Notes under the pieces: generated by a model | Told to the model about the DNA's origin: nothing | What the model saw: the letters and a program-made list of their open reading frames with translations, nothing else | The model's database searches: none | Assembly: GCA_040755455.1 (NCBI GenBank) | Contig: JBFMAY010000014.1 | Span: 23,428-87,427 of the forward strand | From: Thermodesulfobacteriota bacterium | GTDB taxonomy: Bacteria > Desulfobacterota > Desulfobulbia > Desulfobulbales > SURF-16 | DNA length: 64,000 bases | Reading direction: 5' to 3' | Position numbers and translations under genes: made by a program | Shown here: in pieces, positions 21,778 through 30,509 of the stretch | Numbering within the stretch: position 1 is the stretch's first letter | Layout: each line of letters opens with the position of its first letter

Positions 21778-21801
21778 AGGGGCGGTTCGCGAACCGCCCC
21801 T
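21778..21801. repeat. REP-like perfect palindrome (GTAGGGGCG...CGCCCCTAC type, degenerate ends)
   Basis: AGGGGCGGTTCGCGAACCGCCCCT is its own reverse complement. Confidence 0.7.
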
Positions 21802-22013
21802 GCTACCCCAACCTCTTGCATCCTTTTTCCCCCTTCCTTCCTGCGCATTTCCAATCAGCAGGGATTTCATTTTTTTAATCTTCCTGCCATCTGATAGCAG
21901 TTTTCTCTTGCAAATTTTTTAATTGCGGGTTTTTTTCTGAGCAGTCATTCATTTTTTGGGGAGGCTGCCATTCTCCCTGTTTCCCGCTAAACAGCCAAAA
22001 CGGAAAAAAACGG

Positions 22014-24848
22014 ATGAGTAACACCAAACCCACGGTGTTTATCAGCTACAGCCACAAGGATGAGGAGTGGAAAAATCAGCTTCTCCCGCATCTCAAGGCC
22101 TTTGAGCAGCAGGGCGATCTGCTGCTCTGGCATGACCGCAGGATCGACACCGGCGCAGACTGGTTTCCGGAGATCGAGGAGGCGGTGGAAAGGTCACGGG
22201 TAGCAGTCTGTATTATCTCAGAAAATTTCCTGGCCTCGGATTTCATTATCAAGGAGGAGGTGCCGGACCTGCTGAAACGGCGGGAGGCCAAAGATCTGAT
22301 CATTATGCCTTTGCTTGCTGAGCCCTGCCCGTGGCAAGCCATCCGCTGGCTCAAGGGTATCCAGATGTTTCCCTCGGACAACAATTGCCTTGCCGCCATC
22401 AGAGGCAAAACAAAGCGGAAACAACTGCTGGCGGATTTTGCCATCAAGGTGGCGGATCAGGCAGTTCCTACGAGATTGGATGAGTTGCTTACCGTCCGGA
22501 AGTCTTCCACGTGCATTATCAGTCTTTGCGAGACATTCCAGCCCTCTCTTGATTATAGAATTGAGATCTCCCATCTTCCCGTGACCGGGGTCGAACTCTT
22601 TGGCCGCGAGGCGGAGCTTGAACTGTTGGACAATTCCTGGAAAGAGGGCAAAACCAATGTCATCAGTTTCGTGGCCTGGGGCGGGGTGGGGAAATCCACC
22701 CTGATCAACCGTTGGCTCGCCGAGATGGCCATGGACAGCTATCGGGCCGTCGCCCGGGTCTTTGGCTGGTCCTTTTACAGCCAGGGGACCGGTGAGTGGG
22801 TCACCTCGGCGGACCGCTTCATTGCCGAGGCCCTGGCCTGGTTTGGTGATCCGGACCCTACGACAGGCTCACCCTGGGACAAGGGCCAGCGCCTGGCAGA
22901 TCTCATTCGCAAAGAGCGGACTCTTCTGGTGCTGGACGGGCTGGAGCCGCTGCAGGCCGAGCATGACTTTGAAAGAGGCCGGATCAAGGACCCTGGCCTG
23001 GCCGTCCTGATTAAAGAATTGGCAAAAGACAATCCCGGCCTCTGCCTCATCACCACCCGTGAACAGGTGGCTGATCTCAAACGCTTCCCGCAAAACGTGC
23101 TGGAAAGAAATCTTGAGCAGATATCCGCTCAAGCCGGCCGGGCCCTGTTGCGGGTGGGCGGCGTGCGGGGCACGGACCGGGGATTGGAGGATGCCTCGCG
23201 CGCCTTCGGCAATCATGCCCTGGCCGTCAAGCTCCTGGCCGCCTATCTCCATGCGATCCCAGAACACCACATCAAACACGCGGCCGATATCCCCGACCTG
23301 GATATCCTAGATGACCAGGGGCGACAGCCCCGTCGGGTCATGGCCGCCCTGCTGCAGCATTTGGGGGACTGCCCGGAGGTGGAGTATCTGCGGATTCTTG
23401 GCCTATTTGACCGACCGGCGGACCAGGAGGCCCTGACGGCGCTGCTCACTCCGCCGCCTATCCCGGATTTGACCGGTCAGATCATGGCAGTTGCCGAAGG
23501 AGATCGCCATGACTGCCTCACCCGCCTGCGACGCCTGGGCCTTCTGGCCCCGGCAAGCAGCCATCGCGTCGGCGATCTGGACTGCCATCCCCTGGTGCGG
23601 GAGCATATGGCCGACCTCCTCCAAAAGCAATTCCCCCAGGCCTGGCAGCAGGGCAACCTGCGGCTTTACGAGCACTATAAGGGGATAGCCAAGGAATACC
23701 CGGACACCATCGAGGAGATGGCTCCGCTTTTTTACGCCTGCGCCCATGGCTGCCGGGCCGGTAACCAACAGGAGGCGCTGATTGAGGTGTATTGGAAACG
23801 TATTAAAAGGGGGAATGAGCATTACTGCACGCGAAAACTCGGCGCCTTCGGTTCTGATCTGGCGGCCCTGGCCAACTTTTTCGACTCCATCTGGGACCGG
23901 CCCGCGCCAGGGCTTGCTGAAATGTGGCAGGCTTGGGTCTTGGGCAATGCCGGTTTTCGCTTAAAGGCCCTTGGCAGGCTGGCCGAGGCAAAGAGGCCAA
24001 TGCGGGACTGCTTGGAAATGTGCATCCGACAGAGAAATTGGTCGGAGGCGTCAAAAATTACTTCCAACCTCAGCGAGCTCTTCCTCGACCTGGGCGAGAT
24101 GGCCTGGGCTGTGGAGTATGGGCAACAAACTGTGGAATTGGCCGCGCGCAGCGGTAATCGGCATTCGCGTGTGATTGGCCTTACCACCCATGCTGTTTCC
24201 CGCCATCAGGCCGGCCAATTGGCCGAGGCCGAAGAGCTGTTTCGTCAGGCTGAAGCCATGCAGCGGGAAGAGCAGCTCGACTACCCCATGCTCTACTCAC
24301 TGCGGGGATTCCAATACTGTGACCTGCTCTTTGATCTTTACCCGCCAACCGAGGTCTGGAAACGGGTGAAGAAGACGTTGGGCTGGGCGGAAAAGGCAAC
24401 GGGAGTATCCCTCCTCGACATTGGCCTGGACCACCTCACCATGGGCCGGGCCTGCCAGCGGCTAGGTGAGCCGGTCACTGCCGCCACCTATCTCGCACAA
24501 GCCATAGACTTTTTGCGTAAAGCAAATTTTCAAGAGATTCTCCCACGCGGTCTCCTAGCCCGGGCCGCCTTTTGCCGGGAGCAGGGGCAACTGAACGCCG
24601 CCCGCCGGGATCTGGAGGAGGTCCTGGAGATCGCCGAACCCTGCGGCATGCGTCTCCATCTCACCGACTATCATCTGGAGAGCTGCCGGCTGGGGCTGGC
24701 CGAAAACGAGCTGCCCACTGCCCACGAGCATCTGGACAAGGCGAAAAAACTGGTCGCCGAGACCGGCTACCACCGCCGGGACCGGGAGGTTCAGGAACTT
24801 GAAAAATTGCTGGCCGCCGCAGATACGGCCGGCAAACAGGCACCGTAA
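22014..24848 (+). CDS. TIR domain - STAND P-loop NTPase - TPR repeat protein (bacterial NLR-like)
   Basis: TIR: VFISYSHKD...WHDRRIDTG...ASDFIIKEE. Walker A WGGVGKS, Walker B LLVLDGLE, LITTR, HPLVRE (MHD-like), then C-terminal helical TPR-like repeats. Confidence 0.88.
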   Translation: MSNTKPTVFISYSHKDEEWKNQLLPHLKAFEQQGDLLLWHDRRIDTGADWFPEIEEAVERSRVAVCIISENFLASDFIIKEEVPDLLKRREAKDLIIMPLLAEPCPWQAIRWLKGIQMFPSDNNCLAAIRGKTKRKQLLADFAIKVADQAVPTRLDELLTVRKSSTCIISLCETFQPSLDYRIEISHLPVTGVELFGREAELELLDNSWKEGKTNVISFVAWGGVGKSTLINRWLAEMAMDSYRAVARVFGWSFYSQGTGEWVTSADRFIAEALAWFGDPDPTTGSPWDKGQRLADLIRKERTLLVLDGLEPLQAEHDFERGRIKDPGLAVLIKELAKDNPGLCLITTREQVADLKRFPQNVLERNLEQISAQAGRALLRVGGVRGTDRGLEDASRAFGNHALAVKLLAAYLHAIPEHHIKHAADIPDLDILDDQGRQPRRVMAALLQHLGDCPEVEYLRILGLFDRPADQEALTALLTPPPIPDLTGQIMAVAEGDRHDCLTRLRRLGLLAPASSHRVGDLDCHPLVREHMADLLQKQFPQAWQQGNLRLYEHYKGIAKEYPDTIEEMAPLFYACAHGCRAGNQQEALIEVYWKRIKRGNEHYCTRKLGAFGSDLAALANFFDSIWDRPAPGLAEMWQAWVLGNAGFRLKALGRLAEAKRPMRDCLEMCIRQRNWSEASKITSNLSELFLDLGEMAWAVEYGQQTVELAARSGNRHSRVIGLTTHAVSRHQAGQLAEAEELFRQAEAMQREEQLDYPMLYSLRGFQYCDLLFDLYPPTEVWKRVKKTLGWAEKATGVSLLDIGLDHLTMGRACQRLGEPVTAATYLAQAIDFLRKANFQEILPRGLLARAAFCREQGQLNAARRDLEEVLEIAEPCGMRLHLTDYHLESCRLGLAENELPTAHEHLDKAKKLVAETGYHRRDREVQELEKLLAAADTAGKQAP

Positions 24849-24927
24849 AGAGTGGCCGAATGAAAATTATGCCAACAATAACCGCTATGGCCGTAACCGT
24901 GGTTGGGAAAAAGCGAGGATCGTAACT

Positions 24928-24997
24928 CCGTAGGAGCGGGCCATGCCCGCGATCCTTGTGATGCCACGGTTATCGCGGGCATGGCCCGCTCCTACGG
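24928..24997. repeat. REP doublet / REPIN-like element (GTAG family), 26-bp perfect inverted repeat
   Basis: CCGTAGGAGCGGGCCATGCCCGCGAT (24928-24953), an 18-nt spacer, then the exact reverse complement (24972-24997). Each arm has an internal GCGGGC..GCCCGC hairpin. Confidence 0.85.
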
Positions 24998-25080
24998 CAA
25001 AAATGTGTGAATTTTAAAGTATTTTTAATAAGATAGATGTTTCCATGCAGCCACTAAACATCTAGCGCAAGGAGAAAGTC

Positions 25081-26571
25081 ATGCCCTTACCCCAATACGA
25101 TGAAGTTCATGTCATCTCCGACCTCCACATGGGAGGGGAGAGCGGTTTTCAGATTCTCCGGGAGACCGAAAAACTCGCGGGTTTTATCCGCTGGGTCGCG
25201 GAACAAAAGCCGGACGGCCGGGTGGCCCTGGTGTTGAACGGGGATGTCATCGACACCCTGGCCGAGGAGAGCGGCGGCTACATCGCGGTGGACAATGCCG
25301 AGGCCGTGGTCAAGCGGATCATGGCCGACCCGGCCTTTGCACCGGTCTGGGCCAGCCTGGCGGACTTTGTCAAAATTGCCAACCGCACCCTGGTCATGGT
25401 GCTCGGCAACCATGATCTGGAGATGTCCTTCCCCGGAGTGCAGCGCCTGGTGGTGGAAAGGCTGGCCGGGGATGATCCCCTGGCCCGGGCCCGCATCGAG
25501 TTTTCCACCATGGGGGCCGGTTTTTCCTGCCTGGTGGGCGGCTCCCGGGTCTTCTGCACCCATGGCAACGAGGTGGACGCCTGGAACTATACCCGTTACG
25601 AGGATCTTGCCAGGGCGGGCCGGCGGCTCAGCAGCGGCCGGTCGCTCAAACCAAGCGAATGGGAGCCCAACGCCGGCACCATGATGGTCAAGGACGTCAT
25701 GAATACGGTAAAAAAAGACTACCCCTGGATCGACCTGTTGAAACCGGAGATGCAGGCCGCGGTGGGGGTGCTCCTGGCCCTTGACCCCGGCCAGGTGGAG
25801 AAAATCAACCGCCTCCTGCCCATCATCGGCGAGAAGGTGGTGGGCAGCATGGAGGTGGATCAACGGCTCTCGGCCGAGGGTTTCATTGCTCCGGCCAAAA
25901 AGGAGGCCCGTCCCGCCTCGGTGGATAGTCTGCTTGGCCCCAGCCTCATGGAGGGACTGCGCAGCGGCGCCGGGGCCAACCGTCCCACGGCTGACGCCCT
26001 GCTGCTTTCGGCGGAAAGGAAATACAAAACCGGCAGCGCCGTCACCGACCCCCATGACGAAACCCTGGGCACCGGCCAGTATCTCTGGGACCGGTTCACC
26101 GGCTGGTTCAGAGGGGTCAGCAAGGTCGAGGCCCTGCGCCGGGCACTGAAAGACTGGCTCAAGGATGACCGTACCTTTGATATCAAGGACCGGGACGAGA
26201 CCTGCAAAGAGGTGGTGGCCTCGGTGGGGCAGGGCATTCATTTCCTGGTCACCGGCCACACCCATCTGGAAAGGGCCATTGACCTGGGCGGCGGCCGTTT
26301 CTACTTTAACTGCGGCACCTGGATCCGTTTGCTGAAATTCAGCAAGGCCATGCTGGAAGACGAAACGGCCTTCACGCCGGTATATGAGCTGCTGGTCAAC
26401 GGTACAATGGAGAAAATCGACAAAAAGGACTTTAACGGTCAGCCCTTTGTCATGCCCCAGCAGAGCGCGGTCAGCATCAGGGTTGAAGCGGGGAAGGTGG
26501 TGGGCAGACTGCTCCACATAGAGGGAATCGACCCAGTCTCTCCGAAGACAATCCAACAGTTCACGAGGTAA
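25081..26571 (+). CDS. calcineurin-like metallophosphoesterase
   Basis: Complete motif set: SDLH, NGDVID, GNHD, THG, GHTH. AAGGAG RBS. Confidence 0.88.
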   Translation: MPLPQYDEVHVISDLHMGGESGFQILRETEKLAGFIRWVAEQKPDGRVALVLNGDVIDTLAEESGGYIAVDNAEAVVKRIMADPAFAPVWASLADFVKIANRTLVMVLGNHDLEMSFPGVQRLVVERLAGDDPLARARIEFSTMGAGFSCLVGGSRVFCTHGNEVDAWNYTRYEDLARAGRRLSSGRSLKPSEWEPNAGTMMVKDVMNTVKKDYPWIDLLKPEMQAAVGVLLALDPGQVEKINRLLPIIGEKVVGSMEVDQRLSAEGFIAPAKKEARPASVDSLLGPSLMEGLRSGAGANRPTADALLLSAERKYKTGSAVTDPHDETLGTGQYLWDRFTGWFRGVSKVEALRRALKDWLKDDRTFDIKDRDETCKEVVASVGQGIHFLVTGHTHLERAIDLGGGRFYFNCGTWIRLLKFSKAMLEDETAFTPVYELLVNGTMEKIDKKDFNGQPFVMPQQSAVSIRVEAGKVVGRLLHIEGIDPVSPKTIQQFTR

Positions 26572-26575
26572 CCAT

Positions 26576-28528
26576 ATGTCCACGATCCACAACGTCAAAC
26601 TGGAAATCCTGCGGCCCGGCCCGGCCCACAACCAGCTCCTTTCCCCGCTGACCCCTTATCTGGTCCTCTGCGGGGCGGACGGCCCGGTGACCGTGCACCT
26701 GCCTTTTGAACAGAGGCAGCTCCTCATGCGACTGGAGCGGCTGCGCTATTCCAGCCAGGGAACAGCCATTGCCGCCGGGCAACGGGAGGCCGAGCTGCAC
26801 GAACTGGGTGAGACCCTCGGCCGGATATTCGGCCAGGTTCCCGCCCTGCTGGCCGAACTCGGCAGTGTCCGGTCGCAAACGGGAAAGCTCGTGCATCTGC
26901 GGCTGTCGCTCTCCGCCTTTGAACTGGCCCTGTTGCCATTTGAGACGGCCATTGCCGCCGACGGTTTTCCCGGCTCCGGCTCCCCCCTCTTTCTGCAATC
27001 AAACCTGCCCATCACCCTGACCAGGGAGGTGCGCCGCGGCCGGCCGCTGCCGGTGGAATGGAATCGGCCGCCCCGCATCCTCTTTATCTTCGCCTCGCCC
27101 GGGGGGCTGGCGGCGGTGCCTTACGAGCAGCATCTGCTGGCGCTGCGCCGTGCCATTGACCCGTGGGTGAAGATCCTGGACAAAGAGGAGGAACGCCTGG
27201 CCGAGGTGAAAAATATCCTCACCGTGCTGCCCGAGGCGACTCTTGAGCAGATCCGGCAGGCCTGCATGGATACCGAATACACCCATGTCCATATCCTGGC
27301 CCATGGCGCCCCCTATGATCATGCCGGCGACCAGCATTACGGGCTTGCCCTGTGCAGCAGCGACAAGCCAGCGGAAATCGATGTGGTTGACGGCGAGCGG
27401 CTCTCCATCGCCCTAACCACGGACCGGGCCTCGGCCTGCGGGGCCCGGAAGCGGCCCACCGTGGTCTCGCTGGCGACCTGTGATTCCGGTAATGTGCGCT
27501 CCGTGCTCATCCCGGGCGGCAGCATCGCCCACGAACTGCACGCAGCCGGCATCCCCTGGGTTTTTGCCTCCCAGTTTCCCCTGTGGATGCGTTCCTCCAC
27601 CATCTTCACCGAGGTTCTCTATAAACGTTTGCTCAAAGGGGCCGATCCCCGCTGCGTGCTGCACGAACTGCGGCAACGGCTGCGCACCTCCTGCCAGGAG
27701 ACCCACGACTGGGCGAGCATCGTGGCCTATGCCGCCGTGCCCTGGGATTTTGAAAACCAGGTAAGTGACTTTCGTGATGAGCAGACCCGCCGGCGGATCG
27801 AAACCAGATTCGCCCGCATCGATGATCTGCTCAAGGCCGGGAAGTCCGAGGGCCAGGATGAGAAAACGGTTACAGGGGAGATGGCTGAGCTCTGTGCGGC
27901 CATTCGTGAGGAACTCAAGACATGGCGGGAAGAACCGGTCGCCCAATCTTCCGGCAAGGAGCTGGCTGAACGTCTGGGTGTGACTGCTGCCAGCGAAAAA
28001 CGGATCGGTATCGCCTATGACCAGGTACCGGACAAAAAGAAAGAAAGCCTGGATGCCTACCGGAAATCCTGCGAATTCTATAAAAAAGCCATTGAGGCCG
28101 AGCCTTCCAATCACTGGGTCATCACCCAGTATCTGTCAATGCTTGCGGTCAAAAATCGGGCGGAATACGGTGACATGACCGAACTGGTAAAGGAATACGG
28201 CCACTGGTGGTTCACAGCCCGGCAGATCAGCGGCTGGCATTTGCTCACCAAGAGTGGGGAAGACCTGGCCTGGGCCTACGGCACACTGGCCGAACTGGAA
28301 ATGTTGGGTGCTCTTTATGGCGGCGAGGAATTCGACAGGCAGGAGGCTAAGGAGGAGATTACTCGCTATTGCGGCCAAATCCTGCAAATCTGCGGTCCCC
28401 ATGGGTTTCCCGTAGAATCAACCGCGCGGCAATTCCGCCGCTATGTGGAGATCTGGCAACACGAGAAATGGGATGATCTTGCCAAGACTGCCCTTGCCGC
28501 CTTCGGGGGGAGTGATGTATGCTCTTAA
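26576..28528 (+). CDS. CHAT-domain (caspase-like) protease with C-terminal TPR-like helical region
   Basis: LALLPFE, RILFIFASP, HVHILAHG (catalytic His), SLATCDSG (catalytic Cys), AGIPWVFASQFP, DWASIVAY. Starts 4 bp after the phosphoesterase stop. Confidence 0.85.
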   Translation: MSTIHNVKLEILRPGPAHNQLLSPLTPYLVLCGADGPVTVHLPFEQRQLLMRLERLRYSSQGTAIAAGQREAELHELGETLGRIFGQVPALLAELGSVRSQTGKLVHLRLSLSAFELALLPFETAIAADGFPGSGSPLFLQSNLPITLTREVRRGRPLPVEWNRPPRILFIFASPGGLAAVPYEQHLLALRRAIDPWVKILDKEEERLAEVKNILTVLPEATLEQIRQACMDTEYTHVHILAHGAPYDHAGDQHYGLALCSSDKPAEIDVVDGERLSIALTTDRASACGARKRPTVVSLATCDSGNVRSVLIPGGSIAHELHAAGIPWVFASQFPLWMRSSTIFTEVLYKRLLKGADPRCVLHELRQRLRTSCQETHDWASIVAYAAVPWDFENQVSDFRDEQTRRRIETRFARIDDLLKAGKSEGQDEKTVTGEMAELCAAIREELKTWREEPVAQSSGKELAERLGVTAASEKRIGIAYDQVPDKKKESLDAYRKSCEFYKKAIEAEPSNHWVITQYLSMLAVKNRAEYGDMTELVKEYGHWWFTARQISGWHLLTKSGEDLAWAYGTLAELEMLGALYGGEEFDRQEAKEEITRYCGQILQICGPHGFPVESTARQFRRYVEIWQHEKWDDLAKTALAAFGGSDVCS

Positions 28529-28620
28529 AATAGCATCCGGCAGAACACAGGGTGAAATGTTTCCCCTGCTGCCTATGGTGCCCGCCATGCATGGCAAGTA
28601 AATAGAAAGAAGGAAATATC

Positions 28621-28938
28621 TTGAGTAAGCCGGTGACAAAGATCAACACCCCCTTCGGGGAGTATGAGCCGCGGATTGCCGGCCGCGACCAACTGGAGCG
28701 CGCGGCGGCGGTCATGGGCGAGGCGGTGGAGGCCATCGCCCGGGTCAACCATGACCGGTGGGCGGCGGAGAGGATTGCCCAGGGCTGGCGCTACGGGGAA
28801 GAGCGGGATGACGCCGGAAAACTGCATCCGGATCTAGTCCCTTACGAGCACCTGACGGAAGCGGAAAAACGAATCGATGTGGAGGGGGCCAAGGCCATCG
28901 TTGCCGAACTGCTCAGGCTTGGCATTCTTCGGCAATGA
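28621..28938 (+). CDS. stand-alone RyR (ryanodine receptor repeat) domain protein
   Basis: IARVNHDRWAAERIAQGWRYGEERDDAGKLHPDLVPYEHLTEAEKRID fits the RyR-domain consensus (H..W...R..GW.YG..RD....HP.LVPY..L...EK..D). TTG start. Confidence 0.88.
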   Translation: MSKPVTKINTPFGEYEPRIAGRDQLERAAAVMGEAVEAIARVNHDRWAAERIAQGWRYGEERDDAGKLHPDLVPYEHLTEAEKRIDVEGAKAIVAELLRLGILRQ

Positions 28939-28958
28939 TTCCCTCATCTCATCAGCTG

Positions 28959-29882
28959 TCAGTTTCCATACAGTTTCTCATACTTTCCCTGCAGCTGCAG
29001 AAGATTGTCCAGGTATTTGTCCTTGTCCTCCAGGCCGGTGGTTGCGGTCAGCTCCTCAATCAGGCCGTTAATGGGATATCTGATATCGATGCCCAGGGGG
29101 TTGGCGTTTTTCATGTTGGCCAGATCCATGACCAGCACGCAGTAATACTTGACCAGGGTCCTGAAGGCCGGCTCGCGGCGGAACAGATAGGCCTGGCCGC
29201 CGAGGGTGTTGAGAAAGAAGGTTGAGTAGCTGTACATATCCTCCATCGGTAACTGGATTGGGTATTCCGTGTCCTGGCATTGCTCCCGGTGGACAATCAA
29301 TGAGAAGAAGTCCGCCATCACCTCTTCGTAGTGACCTTTTTCAAGGGCCATGATTTTTTTCAGGATAAAGATATTCTTTTCCCCCAGCACCCGGTAGAAG
29401 TGGGCGGCATTCTGGAGGATGGCCAGCAGATTGTCCGTCTCCCTGGTGATAGTGGGCTTGTTGGCCAGCATTTTATTGATAATCGTGGTGAAGTAAACTT
29501 TTGATCCGCCTTCCAGGTTGAAGGCGATGATGTAATCTTCCTTGTCCAGCCGGGCAAAAAACGCATCAATTCTGTCAGCGGTCCCCTTGCAGGGATCAAT
29601 GGCAACCGCTTTGTCGGCTGTCTGCTTATCGGCCTCAGCCGCAATGTCGGCAGATTCTGTCTGGCCGGCAGAGTCGGAATCGCCCTGGGTGGCAAGTCCT
29701 CTTTCAAGAACATTCACCTTTTCCTGCAATTTCTGCTGCTTCTGCTCAAGGGAGATGGCTGCCTGCTTTTCCTCCGCTTTTCTGTTGACATTGTAAAGTA
29801 AGAAGACGGCAACGGCGGCAAGGGCGAGAAGAACAAGGATAACAATTGATTTGGTGGGGGTGGGTTTCTTGGTATTTGACAT
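28959..29882 (-). CDS. membrane-anchored hypothetical protein
   Basis: N-terminal transmembrane helix, coiled-coil segment, then a helical domain; 307 aa; convergent with the RyR gene. Confidence 0.7.
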   Translation of the reverse strand: MSNTKKPTPTKSIVILVLLALAAVAVFLLYNVNRKAEEKQAAISLEQKQQKLQEKVNVLERGLATQGDSDSAGQTESADIAAEADKQTADKAVAIDPCKGTADRIDAFFARLDKEDYIIAFNLEGGSKVYFTTIINKMLANKPTITRETDNLLAILQNAAHFYRVLGEKNIFILKKIMALEKGHYEEVMADFFSLIVHREQCQDTEYPIQLPMEDMYSYSTFFLNTLGGQAYLFRREPAFRTLVKYYCVLVMDLANMKNANPLGIDIRYPINGLIEELTATTGLEDKDKYLDNLLQLQGKYEKLYGN

Positions 29883-30098
29883 GATTATTCACTTATTGTC
29901 ATTTTAAGAAATTTTTTGGTAAAATTTGACGAAATAGGACTTCTGCATGGCTTGGAAGGATTTTATTTGTTATGCTGCTTGTTAATGTATCGTGCTTTGT
30001 TTATTCCGTCAAACAGAAATATTTTTTCTTATCCCCTTGGCATTAATCTGTAAATCGTCAGCGGGCAACAAAAAAATGATCAGCGCTTTCCTTGGATT

Positions 30099-30476
30099 AT
30101 GGCAAATGCTTCTGTGAAAATTCTGGTGGTGGATGACTCAAGGGTCATGAGGCGGATTATCGCCTCATTCCTGGCGAAAATGGGTTATAATGAGGTGCTG
30201 GAGGCGTCGGACGCCGGCTGTGCCTTGAAGATTCTTGCCACCGAGCAGGTTGCTGTCGTCATCTCCGATTATTCCATGCCCGGCATAAGTGGCCTTGAGC
30301 TGCTGAAGACCATCCGTCGTGACCCGGTAAATAAGGATATGCCGTTTGTCATGGTAACTGCCGAGGCACAGCTCGGACAGATTATCGCCGCATTCAGAGA
30401 AGGGGCGCAGCAGTACGTTACCAAGCCTTTTACCTCCGAGTATATGGAGTATGTCATAAATAAGGTTGTGCGGTGA
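30099..30476 (+). CDS. single-domain response regulator (CheY-like)
   Basis: LVVDDS, ISDYSMP (phospho-Asp), MVTAE, YVTKPF. Confidence 0.9.
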   Translation: MANASVKILVVDDSRVMRRIIASFLAKMGYNEVLEASDAGCALKILATEQVAVVISDYSMPGISGLELLKTIRRDPVNKDMPFVMVTAEAQLGQIIAAFREGAQQYVTKPFTSEYMEYVINKVVR

Positions 30477-30509
30477 TGACGGCGCGGCAACAATAAGAAT
30501 TATCGAGTT

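Noticed and set aside
25087..26631. 514-aa minus-strand ORF opposite the phosphoesterase (likewise 5304-6449, 8411-9583, 37320-38714, 42372-43319, 46002-47363, 56120-57328, 60242-61756, 62604-63719)
   Set aside because: Long antisense ORFs are expected opposite high-GC3 genes; they show no motifs, and the sense genes are clearly identifiable.
22014..28938. Cassette as a prophage, integrative element or known Thoeris/CBASS system
   Set aside because: No integrase, tRNA att site, phage genes, ThsA (SIR2/Macro) or CD-NTase motifs are visible.
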